DNA of 64,000 bases from Haloferacalesvirus Serpecor1 (lineage: Duplodnaviria > Heunggongvirae > Uroviricota > Caudoviricetes > Thumleimavirales > Hafunaviridae), in the IMG/VR virus record IMGVR_UViG_2974801466_000001, positions 10,197 to 74,196 of that record; one strand, given 5' to 3'. Positions 28,523-38,387 of the stretch are shown here, piece after piece (position 1 is the first letter of the stretch; every line of letters begins with the position of its first letter). Under the pieces are notes generated by a model that saw only the letters and a program-made list of their open reading frames with translations, ran no database searches and was not told where the DNA came from. Position numbers and translations under genes: made by a program.

Positions 28523-29223
28523 GGCGCGATGATGGAGTTGTTGTTCGTGACCTCCTCGTAGGCCGAGAAGACGAGCGGCGACCACTCCATACACTCATCG
28601 AGAACCTTCGTAGCGAACTCGCGGGCCTCCCATTGGGCCTTCATGTTCTTCCGAAGGTCGAAGAAGTGCATCAGCGTCCGAGCGTTCGCGGAGAACGTCA
28701 GGTCAACCTCAACGCCGATGGGGAGAACGAACCGGGCGTCCTCCTTCGCCATCCCCTGCTCGATGAGCCGTTCGTACAGCTCTACGGAGTTTACGAAGTG
28801 GCCCTCGAAGGCGTCCCGTCCGGTGAAGTCCTCAACGGCTCCGTCGTACTGTCCAAGCACCACGTCCTCCGCCGAGGGGTTGTTCTTATCGCCCGGAGGG
28901 ACGACGATGTTCTTCTCGGAGAAGTCGCAGTAGCGTTGGCTCTGAACGTCGAACGACATATGGCGGTGTCGCGTGACCTGAGCCATAGCCGACCGGCTGA
29001 GTCCTTCGACCGCGAAGAACGCTTGGATGTGTTCAAACGGCCCGAAGTGGCCGCGTCGGAGCAGTTCCTTGAGTAGTTCCTCCTGAGTCTTCGAGGTTCC
29101 AGCGAGGGCGTCCTCGACGGTCTTCCCGACGAGGGATTCGCTCATGTAGTCGCCACGAGCGGCCATAACGGGAACGTCGTCGGCGTTCGGGGTGCTGTAT
29201 TCAGTCTTCAGTTCGACTTTCAT
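28519..29223 (-). CDS. thyX: Flavin-dependent thymidylate synthase ThyX, 234 aa
   Basis: ThyX signature RHRHMSFDVQSQRY (RHRxxxxxxxSxR). Confidence 0.85.
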   Translation of the reverse strand: MKVELKTEYSTPNADDVPVMAARGDYMSESLVGKTVEDALAGTSKTQEELLKELLRRGHFGPFEHIQAFFAVEGLSRSAMAQVTRHRHMSFDVQSQRYCDFSEKNIVVPPGDKNNPSAEDVVLGQYDGAVEDFTGRDAFEGHFVNSVELYERLIEQGMAKEDARFVLPIGVEVDLTFSANARTLMHFFDLRKNMKAQWEAREFATKVLDECMEWSPLVFSAYEEVTNNNSIIAP

Positions 29224-29225
29224 TG

Positions 29226-29390
29226 GTGGTAGTAGGTGAGATTGAGGTCGATTTCGGTCATTTCCGGGTGGAAGTGATGGGTTTCGCTAAACCCCTCGAT
29301 GCGGCAGTCTTCTCGTAGTACGTCGCTGAGAACGTCAGCAAGTAGTGATGCAAGTTCGTCTTCGGTGACAGCTTGAAAGCGTCTCATAGA
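29226..29390 (-). CDS. Hypothetical small protein (about 54 aa; below the ORF-table cutoff)
   Basis: ATG at 29390 (minus strand). Reads MRRFQAVTEDELASLLADVLSDVLRE... and ends directly before thyX. Confidence 0.25.
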
Positions 29391-29430
29391 TGTGTCTCTC
29401 TGGTTTAGATTATCGCGCAGAACAGCGGCT

Positions 29431-29483
29431 CCTCACTCTAATAGACGTTGGGCAAGGACTTAAAGACTTCTATCTAAGTCTTT
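29431..29483 (-). promoter_or_regulatory. Promoter cassette copy 4 (leftward), drives the thyX-dcd operon; overlaps the polB 3' end
   Basis: cCTCACTCTAATAGACGttgggcaagGACTTAAAGActtctatctAAGTCTTT. Confidence 0.55.
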
Positions 29484-32073
29484 AGCAGAACGCGGCCAGC
29501 CCGGTCTGACTCTGACCTTCAATCGCGGCGTCCACGTCGATTCCAACGGCGTCCAGAATGTCCACCATCGGGTTCCGAACGAGCGTGTCCTGCATCCGCT
29601 TCACGTCCACGGTGAGGTCGTCTCGGAGGTCGTCCAGTTGCGCCCCCCGTTCGTATCCAATCACATCGAGCGTGTCTTCTCCGAGCGTCGTGTGCTTGAG
29701 GTAGACCCGCTTGACGGTGTTCCCCTTCCCGAAGTTACAGTCCTTGATGAACTTGTTACCGTAGTAGGCCGCTCGGGGCGAAGCGTCCTTCGGCGTCCCG
29801 TTTGTCCACGAGTAGTCTTCAAGCTCCTTGCCAAGACCACCGGGGATTCCGATAAGGTCGAAGTCGGGGTTAGAGGCGTCGATGCGACCGGCCCCTTCCC
29901 GAATAATCCGACGAATATCGTCGCTCGAACTTCCCCGAACGATTGCTTCCAGCGTCTCTCGCTGAACCTCCTTGGTGAGCTGAGCCGTGTTCGCCTTCTT
30001 ACACGGGTAGCCGGAGATAGAGAGCTTACCCTTCCCGTCCTTGATTTGGTCGGAGTAGTCCATCCCCTCATCCCACGTCTTCGTGTAGGCGTAGAACTTC
30101 TTTTGCCCGGACATGAAGAAGTGAGAGGCGTACATCTCAATCTCAATCTCGAACCGGCACGGGTCGGTCGGCATCCCGTACTCGGCGGCGAGGTCAACGT
30201 AGACCTCGTTGTTCAGCTCGCCCGTGATGGATTCGGCTTCGCGGAGGCACTTCTCCTGTCCCCACTCCGGGGGGAACTCGATGTAGTTCGAGTCCGTGTC
30301 GCCATATGCCACATTTGCGACAGTTTCCTCGTTGACGTGCTTTGCCGTGCGCTTGATTACTGCCTGCCCGGTGAGGGTGACAGCGGCGGCAATATCGTCG
30401 TCGTAGAGGAAGAAGCGAACCCATCCAAGAACGCCGTAAATCGAGTTAACTATCGTCTTCCTGACACTATACTCCTCGGCCCACTCAGCCTTCTCGTCGG
30501 CGCTGAGCGAGTCGTCCTTCTTCATTTCGCCCGCGTGTTCCTTGAGGCGGAGTGCTTCGTCCACCAGTTCGCGGAACACGCCGTCGAAGTCGAGCCGGAA
30601 GTAAACGTCGTTGGCCGCCTTCGCCACCGGAACGAGGTCGCCCCCTTCTTCGAGGACAGCGTAGAGGCCGTCGTCGTGTTCCTCCACGTAGAGCGGGTCA
30701 ACCTTCGTCTCCGGGCTGGCGTTCAGCATCCAGATAGCGTTCGGGTACAGCGAAGCGAGGTCGATACCGACCACGTTCTCCTTGAGGCCGTTGAACGCCG
30801 GGAACACGTAGGCTCCGTCGTACTTCTCGGTGTCTTCCGGCGGGTTCGCGGTCGGCCCGGCGTAGCCCTCCTTGTAGAGCTTCCGGCGAATCATCATCTC
30901 GATGAACTCGTTGTTCGCCGTCGTCTGCTCGAAGTCCAGACCGATGGTGTCTCGAAGCGCCTTCTTGAACGCGAGGACGTTCGCGGCTTCGTTGATACCC
31001 ACGGTGAGGGCAACGTCCTTCGTGTTGTAGTTGAGGAACTTTCGAGTGTTCTCCGAGTATAGCTCGTAGAAGCCCTTATCGGAGTGTTCGATTTTCGCGT
31101 CCTCCAACTCCATCTCGGCGGCGTTGTCCAGCGACCCGCTGACCTTCGTGAACTTGGTGTCCTTCCAAGCGTCCATCAGGTCGTAGCAGGTGCGTCCCTG
31201 AATCGTCGGGCCGCCGTATCCGGTGTAGGTGTTCCCGGTGCGAGAGAGGCGGTCGGCGTTGACACCGCGCTCTTTCATCCGCTCGATAACGAACGGGGTG
31301 TCGAACCCGTTGCTGTTCCAGCCAACCACGAGGTCGCTGTCCATCTCGTTGACGTACTTGGCGAACTCCGTGAGCATCTTCCGCTCGCTCGGCTCGAACT
31401 TGAGCTGGTCGAGGTGTTCAAGGCCGAGGTCGCTCGGGTGGCTCACCGCATCGAGGTCGGCGTCGGGGAAGCGGTCGCCAAGGCCGTGACCGTCGAGGTC
31501 GATGAATCCCACGTACTCGTCGGTGTAGTTGTCGTGAGCGACGATGCTCAGGATTCGGGCCTTCCCGTAGTCGGGGAAGCCCTCGCCCCGGTCGTCAGTC
31601 TCAATGTCGAACGTCAGAACGCGGGGCGGCGCGTCCAACTCCACCGGCTCAAGCTCGTCGGGGCTGACCCGACCAGACGGGGCGCGAACGCCGGTCTTAA
31701 TGTTGTAGTCGATTCGGAGCCGGTCGGTGTAGTCCACGTCGGCTTCCCACGACTTCGAGAAGAACGAGGCGACCTCGCCCATCTTCTTCGGGTTGTTGAC
31801 GATTACCTTCGCCAGCTCGTCTCCGTCCACGAGGCCGGTGAAGTCGGTGTCGTCATACCCCTCGATGTAGTCATTATCGAACGGGTCTACCTTCCCTTTC
31901 TCCTCAGCGGGGATGTAGAAGTAGGACGGGAAGTTTTCGACCACGATTGAGTCGTGCTTCCCGGCCTCGGTTCGCCCGAACAGTTCGACTTTCGGGGTGT
32001 AGTCTTCGTAAATCAGTTCGGTGTTCGTGACGTAGATTTCCTTCATTTTAAACGAGACAGGCGCTCCATCCAC
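29482..32073 (-). CDS. polB: Family B DNA polymerase with 3'-5' exonuclease domain, 863 aa
   Basis: Exo I FDIETD, motif A DLASLYPNAI, motif C YGDTDS, and KKRY-like downstream. Confidence 0.9.
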   Translation of the reverse strand: MDGAPVSFKMKEIYVTNTELIYEDYTPKVELFGRTEAGKHDSIVVENFPSYFYIPAEEKGKVDPFDNDYIEGYDDTDFTGLVDGDELAKVIVNNPKKMGEVASFFSKSWEADVDYTDRLRIDYNIKTGVRAPSGRVSPDELEPVELDAPPRVLTFDIETDDRGEGFPDYGKARILSIVAHDNYTDEYVGFIDLDGHGLGDRFPDADLDAVSHPSDLGLEHLDQLKFEPSERKMLTEFAKYVNEMDSDLVVGWNSNGFDTPFVIERMKERGVNADRLSRTGNTYTGYGGPTIQGRTCYDLMDAWKDTKFTKVSGSLDNAAEMELEDAKIEHSDKGFYELYSENTRKFLNYNTKDVALTVGINEAANVLAFKKALRDTIGLDFEQTTANNEFIEMMIRRKLYKEGYAGPTANPPEDTEKYDGAYVFPAFNGLKENVVGIDLASLYPNAIWMLNASPETKVDPLYVEEHDDGLYAVLEEGGDLVPVAKAANDVYFRLDFDGVFRELVDEALRLKEHAGEMKKDDSLSADEKAEWAEEYSVRKTIVNSIYGVLGWVRFFLYDDDIAAAVTLTGQAVIKRTAKHVNEETVANVAYGDTDSNYIEFPPEWGQEKCLREAESITGELNNEVYVDLAAEYGMPTDPCRFEIEIEMYASHFFMSGQKKFYAYTKTWDEGMDYSDQIKDGKGKLSISGYPCKKANTAQLTKEVQRETLEAIVRGSSSDDIRRIIREGAGRIDASNPDFDLIGIPGGLGKELEDYSWTNGTPKDASPRAAYYGNKFIKDCNFGKGNTVKRVYLKHTTLGEDTLDVIGYERGAQLDDLRDDLTVDVKRMQDTLVRNPMVDILDAVGIDVDAAIEGQSQTGLAAFC

Positions 32074-32163
32074 AGTTCAGGCAGGTTCGGCATCCGCCCT
32101 GCGGGGCGATTCGGGGGTTGTTACATCCACACGGTGCGGCTTGCTGGTGACTCTGGTTCTTAC

Positions 32164-32637
32164 TCATCGCTGTTTGGTGATTTTAACCTCAGAACGATTC
32201 CACGTCGTTTTCGCCGTCGCTTCCGGTGCGACGTACTGTATGTCCTCGAAGCCGTCGCGGTTCCGCTCGATGCGGCCCTTTCCTTCGATGATTGTGTTCG
32301 CTTCGGGGTCGTAGGCGACGACCTCTCCATCGGTGAACGCCACCGGGTCGTACTCTACAATCCGAGTGTCGTCTCGCTCCAAGATGAAGATGGAATTGAC
32401 GCCCATCCCGCGAACTTGATTCAGAATGTCCTCGGAGATTGCGTACCCCGCGTATTTGCGGAAGTAGTGCTGGTCGGCTTCGCCCTTCCCGTGACGGTTC
32501 CGAGGGAAGGCGGCAATCCGACCACGGTGAGCATCCTCTCCGAAGTGGCCGATTACTACGTCCGATTTACGTATCGGAGCAACGAGTGTCGTCTTCGGTG
32601 CTGGTGTTTCTGCGTAGTCGTGTAGTGTGCTACTCAT
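32164..32637 (-). CDS. Hypothetical protein, 157 aa
   Basis: ORF downstream of polB on the same strand. Confidence 0.4.
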   Translation of the reverse strand: MSSTLHDYAETPAPKTTLVAPIRKSDVVIGHFGEDAHRGRIAAFPRNRHGKGEADQHYFRKYAGYAISEDILNQVRGMGVNSIFILERDDTRIVEYDPVAFTDGEVVAYDPEANTIIEGKGRIERNRDGFEDIQYVAPEATAKTTWNRSEVKITKQR

Positions 32638-32818
32638 TATCTCGTTGCCGTTCCCTCATTGTCGCGTTCTTTGCTATCTCCAAACAGAAATGGCAGAGCG
32701 ACTTGCCGGGAACAGGCTCTCTATTTTCGCATTTTCGGCATTTGGTCATGTCTCTGGATTCGTGCCGCACCGCCAGCGGATGCTGACGGTGTTTCGACCG
32801 AAACAGAGATACAGAGAA

Positions 32819-33733
32819 TTAGAGATACGCCGGGGACTCGCCCCGGTATTCCTCCTTCCACTCAGGGTAGGAGAGCGTGTCATCGCGGTAGAAATATGCC
32901 CGACCGGGGAACGGATGTTCGTCGTCGGGATGTAGACAAAGCTCGTCACGAGAAGGCGGTCGGGCCTTCCGTTCGTCTTCGAGAAGTGGCGGGGTTTGTG
33001 GGTGTTCGACCTCCCGCCGTCGTCGGTTCAGGAACGCGGAGTCAACGCGGTCGTCCTTGTTCCAAGAGAGTAGAACGTTCTCCATCGACCGCTCGATGCG
33101 GTCGTAGTAGTTGTGGCCGCTCTCACCCCACTTATCGCCCTGCCACACACTCCCGAATTGAGCCGCCTTCAACGGTGAGGCGGTGTCAACGGAGTGGACG
33201 GGGACGTAGTGGGATAACTCGAACTGTCGGTGGGGGCTTCCGCCGAGGATATGAACGCTTCGGCAGTTGCGGTACTCCCATACAGGCCACGGTACACCAC
33301 CAAAGCGGTCTTGAGCGGGGAGTCCGACACGGAAGCGAGAGGGAACGCGGTCGGGCTTGACGCCCTTCGGAACCACGATAACCACCTCTGCGTGGCGACC
33401 GAGACGGTCAGCCTTAGCAAGAGTAGAATCGAGGGAAGACTCGTCTGTAATATCAGGCGCAACAGCATATTTCGGCTGTTCGCGTTTCACCACATCGAGG
33501 TGGGCTTCCCACTTCTGGTCGAACGGAATATCATCTTGAAGGAACGGCCAATCGACGAACTCCACCGGAATTTCCCTCGGTGGTCGGGCTTTCGTACTTT
33601 CCATCCCCACGAGCGAGCCACTACGGTAGGCCGCTCGGGGCATATCTTCTCCGCCGCAGGACGTTACTATAACATCAATTCGGTCGGGTGAGCTGGTGCT
33701 GTCGCTGGTCGATGCGTACTCGGTGAGACTCAT
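32819..33733 (-). CDS. Hypothetical protein, 304 aa (conserved-looking core VIVVPKGVKPDRVP...ILGGSPHRQ; function unknown)
   Basis: Long ORF with non-repetitive sequence, co-oriented within the replication module. Confidence 0.4.
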   Translation of the reverse strand: MSLTEYASTSDSTSSPDRIDVIVTSCGGEDMPRAAYRSGSLVGMESTKARPPREIPVEFVDWPFLQDDIPFDQKWEAHLDVVKREQPKYAVAPDITDESSLDSTLAKADRLGRHAEVVIVVPKGVKPDRVPSRFRVGLPAQDRFGGVPWPVWEYRNCRSVHILGGSPHRQFELSHYVPVHSVDTASPLKAAQFGSVWQGDKWGESGHNYYDRIERSMENVLLSWNKDDRVDSAFLNRRRREVEHPQTPPLLEDERKARPPSRDELCLHPDDEHPFPGRAYFYRDDTLSYPEWKEEYRGESPAYL

Positions 33734-33916
33734 TAGGAATTATCGGCTACTTCAGGGAGTGAGCGTGCTGTGCGTACAGGGAGTTGCGGATTACCTCCGC
33801 GTTCTCCGCTTGGTCGTGCTGTCTCACAACACGCTTCATTTGAGCGTACTCGGTGAGAATCGAGGCGAGGTCATCGAACGATTCGTTGTGTAGGACGAAG
33901 CTGAGGTTTTCTTCGG

Positions 33917-34117
33917 TCATTTTCGGTTATTGTAGATTTGTCGCAGGTAGTCGTAGACGGCTCCAAGCCCGAAGCTCAGGACGAGAACGCCGAGAGGTAT
34001 CAGGCAGAGGCGGAGGAACACTTCCCCGTCACTCATCGAGGCCGAGTTGAGAGGGGATTTTCGTGTTCCCGAACGGGGCGCACCCCTTACAGTAAACGAC
34101 CGAGGCGGTCGCCCCAC
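33917..34117 (-). CDS. Small membrane peptide, 66 aa
   Basis: C-terminal hydrophobic segment LIPLGVLVLSFGLGAVYDYL. Confidence 0.25.
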   Translation of the reverse strand: MGRPPRSFTVRGAPRSGTRKSPLNSASMSDGEVFLRLCLIPLGVLVLSFGLGAVYDYLRQIYNNRK

Positions 34118-34229
34118 GGTAGCGGGCGCTTCTTTTCTGAACCACGTAGTAATCGTCGTTCGACTCGGGGTTCAGGTAGTTGAACTCTTTACCGCATTTC
34201 GTACAGTTGTGAGGTAGATTGAAGTCCAT
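34029..34229 (-). CDS. Small zinc-ribbon protein (start MDFNLPHNCTKCGKEF; about 66 aa)
   Basis: CTKCGK...CKGCAPFG Cys pairs. ATG overlaps the TAA stop of the upstream peptide (TAATG). Confidence 0.35.
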   Translation of the reverse strand: MDFNLPHNCTKCGKEFNYLNPESNDDYYVVQKRSARYRGATASVVYCKGCAPFGNTKIPSQLGLDE

Positions 34230-34231
34230 TA

Positions 34232-34357
34232 GTGAATCCGAACGAGGCCCCAACAGTTGCGGCACTTCGTCGCCCACGTCTCTCCATCGTGGTGAGAGGG
34301 GCTGATTTCCTCCTTGTAGTAGTCTTGCTCCTCCGGGGAGCAGTCGCAATGACTCAT
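34232..34357 (-). CDS. Small Cys-rich peptide (MSHCDCSPEEQ...CRNCWG; about 41 aa)
   Basis: Internal Met of ORF 34229..34483. Its start codon abuts the Cas4-like stop at 34357. Confidence 0.3.
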
Positions 34358-35373
34358 CAGTAGGGATACCAGTTCTTCGTTCGCTTGTGGTTCGTTATCT
34401 CGTCCTTCGGCTTCGTGGAGCCGTCCGGTTCCGCGAATCCGTGGTAGCCTTCGCCGCCCTTCTTCCCCCACGTCGAGGCACACTCATCGTAGAAGAAGCA
34501 CTTGCCGTGACCGTAGTGGCAGAGCGGGCCGGTGTTCAGGTCGTAGTTTTCCTCGGTCGGTTCCATCTGCATCCCGAGGACGGCCTTTCGGATGATGTGT
34601 CGGCGGTCTTCGTCCGGGTAGGGACTGACGACCAGCTCATCCTCTTGCGGATAGTACCCGGCGACCCCGGCGATTTCGTAGTCGAGGTCGTTCTCGAACA
34701 GCCACCCGTAGAACTCACCTTCGAGGTAGATTCCCTTGTGGCGGTACTTCGGGTCTTGAACCTTCCCGGTCTTGTAGTCAACTATGACCACACCTTCGTT
34801 AGCCTCGATGCCGGGGACGGTCGCGGCGTGAAGCAGGGCGTCGGCGTACCCCATCCACGGAAGCTTCCCGATGGGAATATCGTCGCCTTCGAGCCGACCT
34901 TCGACCTCCACCCCGAGGGGGAGCCACGCATCGAGGGCGTACTCCATCACGGTCTTCCCGTCACGGGGGTCGTCCAGAGCGCGGAACTTCGCGGCGGCGT
35001 AGTCGCAGGCCAACTCCCACCGCTTATCCTCGAACTTCCAGAAGTTCGCAATATGGGGGTGGAGCCATTGCGCCCAATCCTCCCACGGCCCCATCAACTC
35101 GGCATACGTCTCGGGACGCTCGCCGTGTTCTTCGACGTACTCGATGAGGTTCAGGTGGAACGTCTCATACGCCCGGTGAATCTGACTCCCCTTCTCCGTG
35201 TGGTAGGAACCGGGCGTCCGGTTGTCCATCCAGTAGGAATATAGAAACTTCCTTGGACATTGGAGGTACGTCTTGACGCGGGACTTCGAGATGTGTTCGA
35301 GGCCGTTCTCAGCGTTCTCGTCGGGAACGGTCAGGTCGATTTCTCGCCCGTCGTCAGTTAGTGCCTTGCTCAT
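34357..35373 (-). CDS. Cas4-like / RecB-family PD-(D/E)XK exonuclease with FeS-type Cys cluster, 338 aa
   Basis: N-terminal LQCPRKFLYSYW, catalytic VVIVDYKTGKV, and C-terminal CHYGHGKCFFYDEC. Confidence 0.75.
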   Translation of the reverse strand: MSKALTDDGREIDLTVPDENAENGLEHISKSRVKTYLQCPRKFLYSYWMDNRTPGSYHTEKGSQIHRAYETFHLNLIEYVEEHGERPETYAELMGPWEDWAQWLHPHIANFWKFEDKRWELACDYAAAKFRALDDPRDGKTVMEYALDAWLPLGVEVEGRLEGDDIPIGKLPWMGYADALLHAATVPGIEANEGVVIVDYKTGKVQDPKYRHKGIYLEGEFYGWLFENDLDYEIAGVAGYYPQEDELVVSPYPDEDRRHIIRKAVLGMQMEPTEENYDLNTGPLCHYGHGKCFFYDECASTWGKKGGEGYHGFAEPDGSTKPKDEITNHKRTKNWYPY

Positions 35374-35587
35374 CTTCCAGTACCTCGACGTGTTCGGTTA
35401 TGTCCATCGCGTGAAGCTCTCCATCTCGTGTTTTGAACTCGATTACCGCGCGGTCTTCCCCGGCGGCCCGGCGGAGAATATCCATCAGAATATCCTTCGT
35501 TTCCTGAGGGAGTCCGACGCTCACGAGAACAGCGCCTCCGCTTGGTTTTTCATCTGACGGGGTTCCGGGCTGAACACCCCCTCCCAT
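35354..35587 (-). CDS. Hypothetical small protein, 77 aa
   Basis: ORF overlapping the Cas4-like start by 20 nt. Confidence 0.3.
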   Translation of the reverse strand: MGGGVQPGTPSDEKPSGGAVLVSVGLPQETKDILMDILRRAAGEDRAVIEFKTRDGELHAMDITEHVEVLEDEQGTN

Positions 35588-35678
35588 TTCTTGTTCGTCG
35601 CTTTCGCTTCCTGTATTGACCGCTCGATTTCGAGTGCGAGCGCGTCAATCTCGTCGTGTAGGTCTTGGTCTTCTTCGT

Positions 35679-36053
35679 TCATCGTAGATTGCTGGCGAGA
35701 TTGACGTAGCCGAGACGGTCACGGTAGTCGTCCTCGTTGTAGTCACCGCCCTGCGCTCGGGCGAGTTTGAACAACGCCATCATCTCCGCCACGTCAGAGG
35801 CGGTTAGTTCCCATTCGAGTCCGTACTGAATCGAGAGGTAGGTTGACCAGTACGCGGCGATTCTATCGAAGGAATCCTCGGGAGCGCCGTGGGTTTCCGA
35901 ACGCCCCTCGATGATTTCCTTCGCTTCTTCGAGCAAGTCTCCGTTATTTATCTCGTCCATGTCGTACCCGGTCGTATTTGATTTCGTCCACGTCCATTCG
36001 AGCGTGGTCGGTCGGTTCTTCACAAACCGGACACTCCATCTCGGTCTGTTCAC
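35679..36053 (-). CDS. Hypothetical acidic protein (likely start at internal MDEINNG, about 93 aa)
   Basis: ORF. The N-terminal part overlaps the upstream gene's 3' end. Confidence 0.35.
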   Translation of the reverse strand: MNRPRWSVRFVKNRPTTLEWTWTKSNTTGYDMDEINNGDLLEEAKEIIEGRSETHGAPEDSFDRIAAYWSTYLSIQYGLEWELTASDVAEMMALFKLARAQGGDYNEDDYRDRLGYVNLASNLR

Positions 36054-36330
36054 CCCTGTCTCGCTGGCTGATTACGTCCGTCTCGAACGCTTGGCACTTG
36101 GAACACCGATACCGGAAGGCGTCCTTGATACCGCGAACTTGTGACCGGACGATTCGACCGCCCTGAATCTGCTTGAGGCCGTTCTCGTAGTAGAACTTGA
36201 CCGTCCCATCAGGGAGGTTCATCACATCGAGGACGTTCTCGTACTCTTTGAAGTTCGAGAGATTGCCGTCGTCGTCAACCTGAGCGAGATGGATGTTATG
36301 GCTGATTCCGTCTGTTCCGAAACTCATCAT
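35944..36330 (-). CDS. Zinc-ribbon protein, 128 aa
   Basis: CSKCQ...CPVCEE Cys pairs. Confidence 0.4.
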   Translation of the reverse strand: MMSFGTDGISHNIHLAQVDDDGNLSNFKEYENVLDVMNLPDGTVKFYYENGLKQIQGGRIVRSQVRGIKDAFRYRCSKCQAFETDVISQRDRGEQTEMECPVCEEPTDHARMDVDEIKYDRVRHGRDK

Positions 36331-36345
36331 TATGGTGGAGGGCGC

Positions 36346-36696
36346 TTACTCGTCGTCCTGTGCGAAGTACCCGGAGTGCTTGCCGTCGCGTTCTCCGAGC
36401 AGTTCGAGGTCGCCGCGCTGAAGTCTGAGGTAGACGCCGAAAGCAGACTCCTTGAGTCCTTCCAGAATCTCGATGAGCTGTTCGTCCTCGTCGCCTTTCG
36501 CCATGAGAATCCGCTCATCGAGGGCGTTGCTCAGCTTGAGTGCCCCCGACTTGTAGGCGTCCAACTCCTGATGGGCCGTCTTAATGTCGCCCACGAGGTC
36601 TGCCAGCGACTCCTCCTCACCGCCGATTTCCACGGTCGTCTCGTTCATCAGGCGTTTCAACTCGGCAGTCTTCTCTGTTGGGTCAGTCATGTCCAT
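36346..36696 (-). CDS. Hypothetical coiled-coil acidic protein, 116 aa
   Basis: ORF. Confidence 0.4.
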   Translation of the reverse strand: MDMTDPTEKTAELKRLMNETTVEIGGEEESLADLVGDIKTAHQELDAYKSGALKLSNALDERILMAKGDEDEQLIEILEGLKESAFGVYLRLQRGDLELLGERDGKHSGYFAQDDE

Positions 36697-36697
36697 A

Positions 36698-37123
36698 TTA
36701 GATACCTCCCGCTTCAGCGTTGACGCGACCCGCCGCTTTGGGGTCGTTCACGATTTCGTATGTCGGTCGCCCTTCGTCGCAGATAAGACCGCACTCGGGA
36801 CACACCGGCTCTCCGGTGTCAATCTTCTTCGCGGCTTCCTCACAGTCCGGGCAGGTGAGGGTTTCCTCCGTCACCTTCTTCTTGAGAACTCGGCCTCTCG
36901 GAGCGTCGTGGGCTACGGGAATGAACTCGTCGTAGTAGCCCTCCATCAGCTCGCCGTTAATCATCCGTCCGGGGTGGTAACAGCGGAGGTGAGTGGGCAT
37001 CCAGTCGTACTCGGTTTCGAGTGCGAACTTGTGAAGCGCCCAGTAGTCGTGGATTTCAGGGCCGCTTTCGATGGTAGTGGTGTCAGCTCTTGGCTTGCCG
37101 AAGAACTCGTCTTTGTTGTCCAT
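36698..37123 (-). CDS. Zinc-ribbon protein, 141 aa
   Basis: CPDCEE...CPECG Cys pairs. Confidence 0.4.
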   Translation of the reverse strand: MDNKDEFFGKPRADTTTIESGPEIHDYWALHKFALETEYDWMPTHLRCYHPGRMINGELMEGYYDEFIPVAHDAPRGRVLKKKVTEETLTCPDCEEAAKKIDTGEPVCPECGLICDEGRPTYEIVNDPKAAGRVNAEAGGI

Positions 37124-37208
37124 TTAATTTCCTGCTGGTGTTACTGCTAAGACTCGTCGGACTATGCTTAACTCTTTGTAAAAGACTCGGCGCTAAGTCT
37201 TCGAGTCT

Positions 37209-38387
37209 TTACGGCTGATACTGAACGTCGTAGAGCCACGTCAGCGGCAGAGAGTCAGAGACGCCGTGAATCGTCGCACCCGGCATCGACCACTCGCTGA
37301 TGGATTCCTCGAAGTCGCCCGGCGGCTTGATGGAACCGGAGCGAATCACGGGAACGTTCATCACGCGGTCAACGCCCTGCGTGTGGTAGTGCCCGGCGTA
37401 GGCAATCTCGAAGTTGTGCTGAAGGAGCCATCCTCTCCAATCTCGCTTCGCCGCCGCCGTCCCGATGTGTTCCGCCGCGTTCTGTCCGTGGCGGATGTGA
37501 GCGCGGTGTCCCCGAATCTCGAAGTTCGTGAACCCGGTGCGCTCGTTGCGGATGAAGGTGATGTTGTCGTACTCCGACGCCCGAACCACCGCATCGAGCA
37601 TCCGGTACACAATATCGTCGCCGTTCGCCTTCTGACTCGAACCGTTAATCCGAATCTCGCCGTGGTTGCCGGTCTGACACACGACCTGAACGGCGTCGAA
37701 GTTCTCCGCGAGCGTCCGAATCTGCTCGAAGTGGACTTGGGCCGCGAGGTCTACCTGCTCGTTGAAGTTCAGTTCGACCTCCCACGCCTGTCCCCAGTAG
37801 ATACCGGAGCCGGTGATAATGTCGCCGCCCATCACGTAGTGAACCGTGTGGAAGTCCCACCCGGCCTTCCGCTGGCGCTCAATCAGTTCGAGCGTCTTCT
37901 GCGTCCGGTAGCGAATCCGCTCAAGAGCGATTTCGGTGTTGAAGACCTCGTTCCCGAACTCGTCTTCGAGAACGTCGCCAATGTGGTCGTCCGTGACGTG
38001 AATCACCACGTCTTCCTCACCACCCTCGGAGAGCGGGACGGCGCTGATAGCGGGTTCCGTGTTGTTCAAGACTTTATCGAGGCGCTTCGAGAGCGACCCG
38101 GCGGCCTTGTTCAGCCGCTTCGTCTTCGTTGCCTTCGTGGTCGAACCGTACTCGCGGGTCTTGTTCTGGTTCGTGGGGTGTTCCTTCTCCGTGTCCCGCA
38201 TATACGCCTCGACCTTCCCCTCGATGCGTCTTTTCGCAAGGGGAGCGCCCTTGCGCTCGATACTGCTGATGTGGTCGCGGGCGGTAGACTCGGAGAAGCC
38301 AAACTCCTCGGAGAGCTGAGCGTAGCCAGCGGGCAGGTGGTCGATGATTTCCAGTTCAGTAGGTGTGAGGTTCTGTTCGTAGTTCAT
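37209..38387 (-). CDS. N-terminal wHTH fused to Mre11/SbcD-like calcineurin-type phosphoesterase, 392 aa
   Basis: Metallophosphatase motifs VIHVTDDHIGD, YVMGGDIITG, CQTGNHGE and YAGHYHTQG. N-terminal LTPTELEIIDHL...STARDHISSIERKG HTH-like segment. Confidence 0.75.
   Translation of the reverse strand: MNYEQNLTPTELEIIDHLPAGYAQLSEEFGFSESTARDHISSIERKGAPLAKRRIEGKVEAYMRDTEKEHPTNQNKTREYGSTTKATKTKRLNKAAGSLSKRLDKVLNNTEPAISAVPLSEGGEEDVVIHVTDDHIGDVLEDEFGNEVFNTEIALERIRYRTQKTLELIERQRKAGWDFHTVHYVMGGDIITGSGIYWGQAWEVELNFNEQVDLAAQVHFEQIRTLAENFDAVQVVCQTGNHGEIRINGSSQKANGDDIVYRMLDAVVRASEYDNITFIRNERTGFTNFEIRGHRAHIRHGQNAAEHIGTAAAKRDWRGWLLQHNFEIAYAGHYHTQGVDRVMNVPVIRSGSIKPPGDFEESISEWSMPGATIHGVSDSLPLTWLYDVQYQP

Noticed and set aside
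29638-31950. Long plus-strand ORFs (474 aa, 288 aa) opposite polB
   Set aside because: Antisense to a polymerase with intact exonuclease and polymerase motifs; composition artefact.
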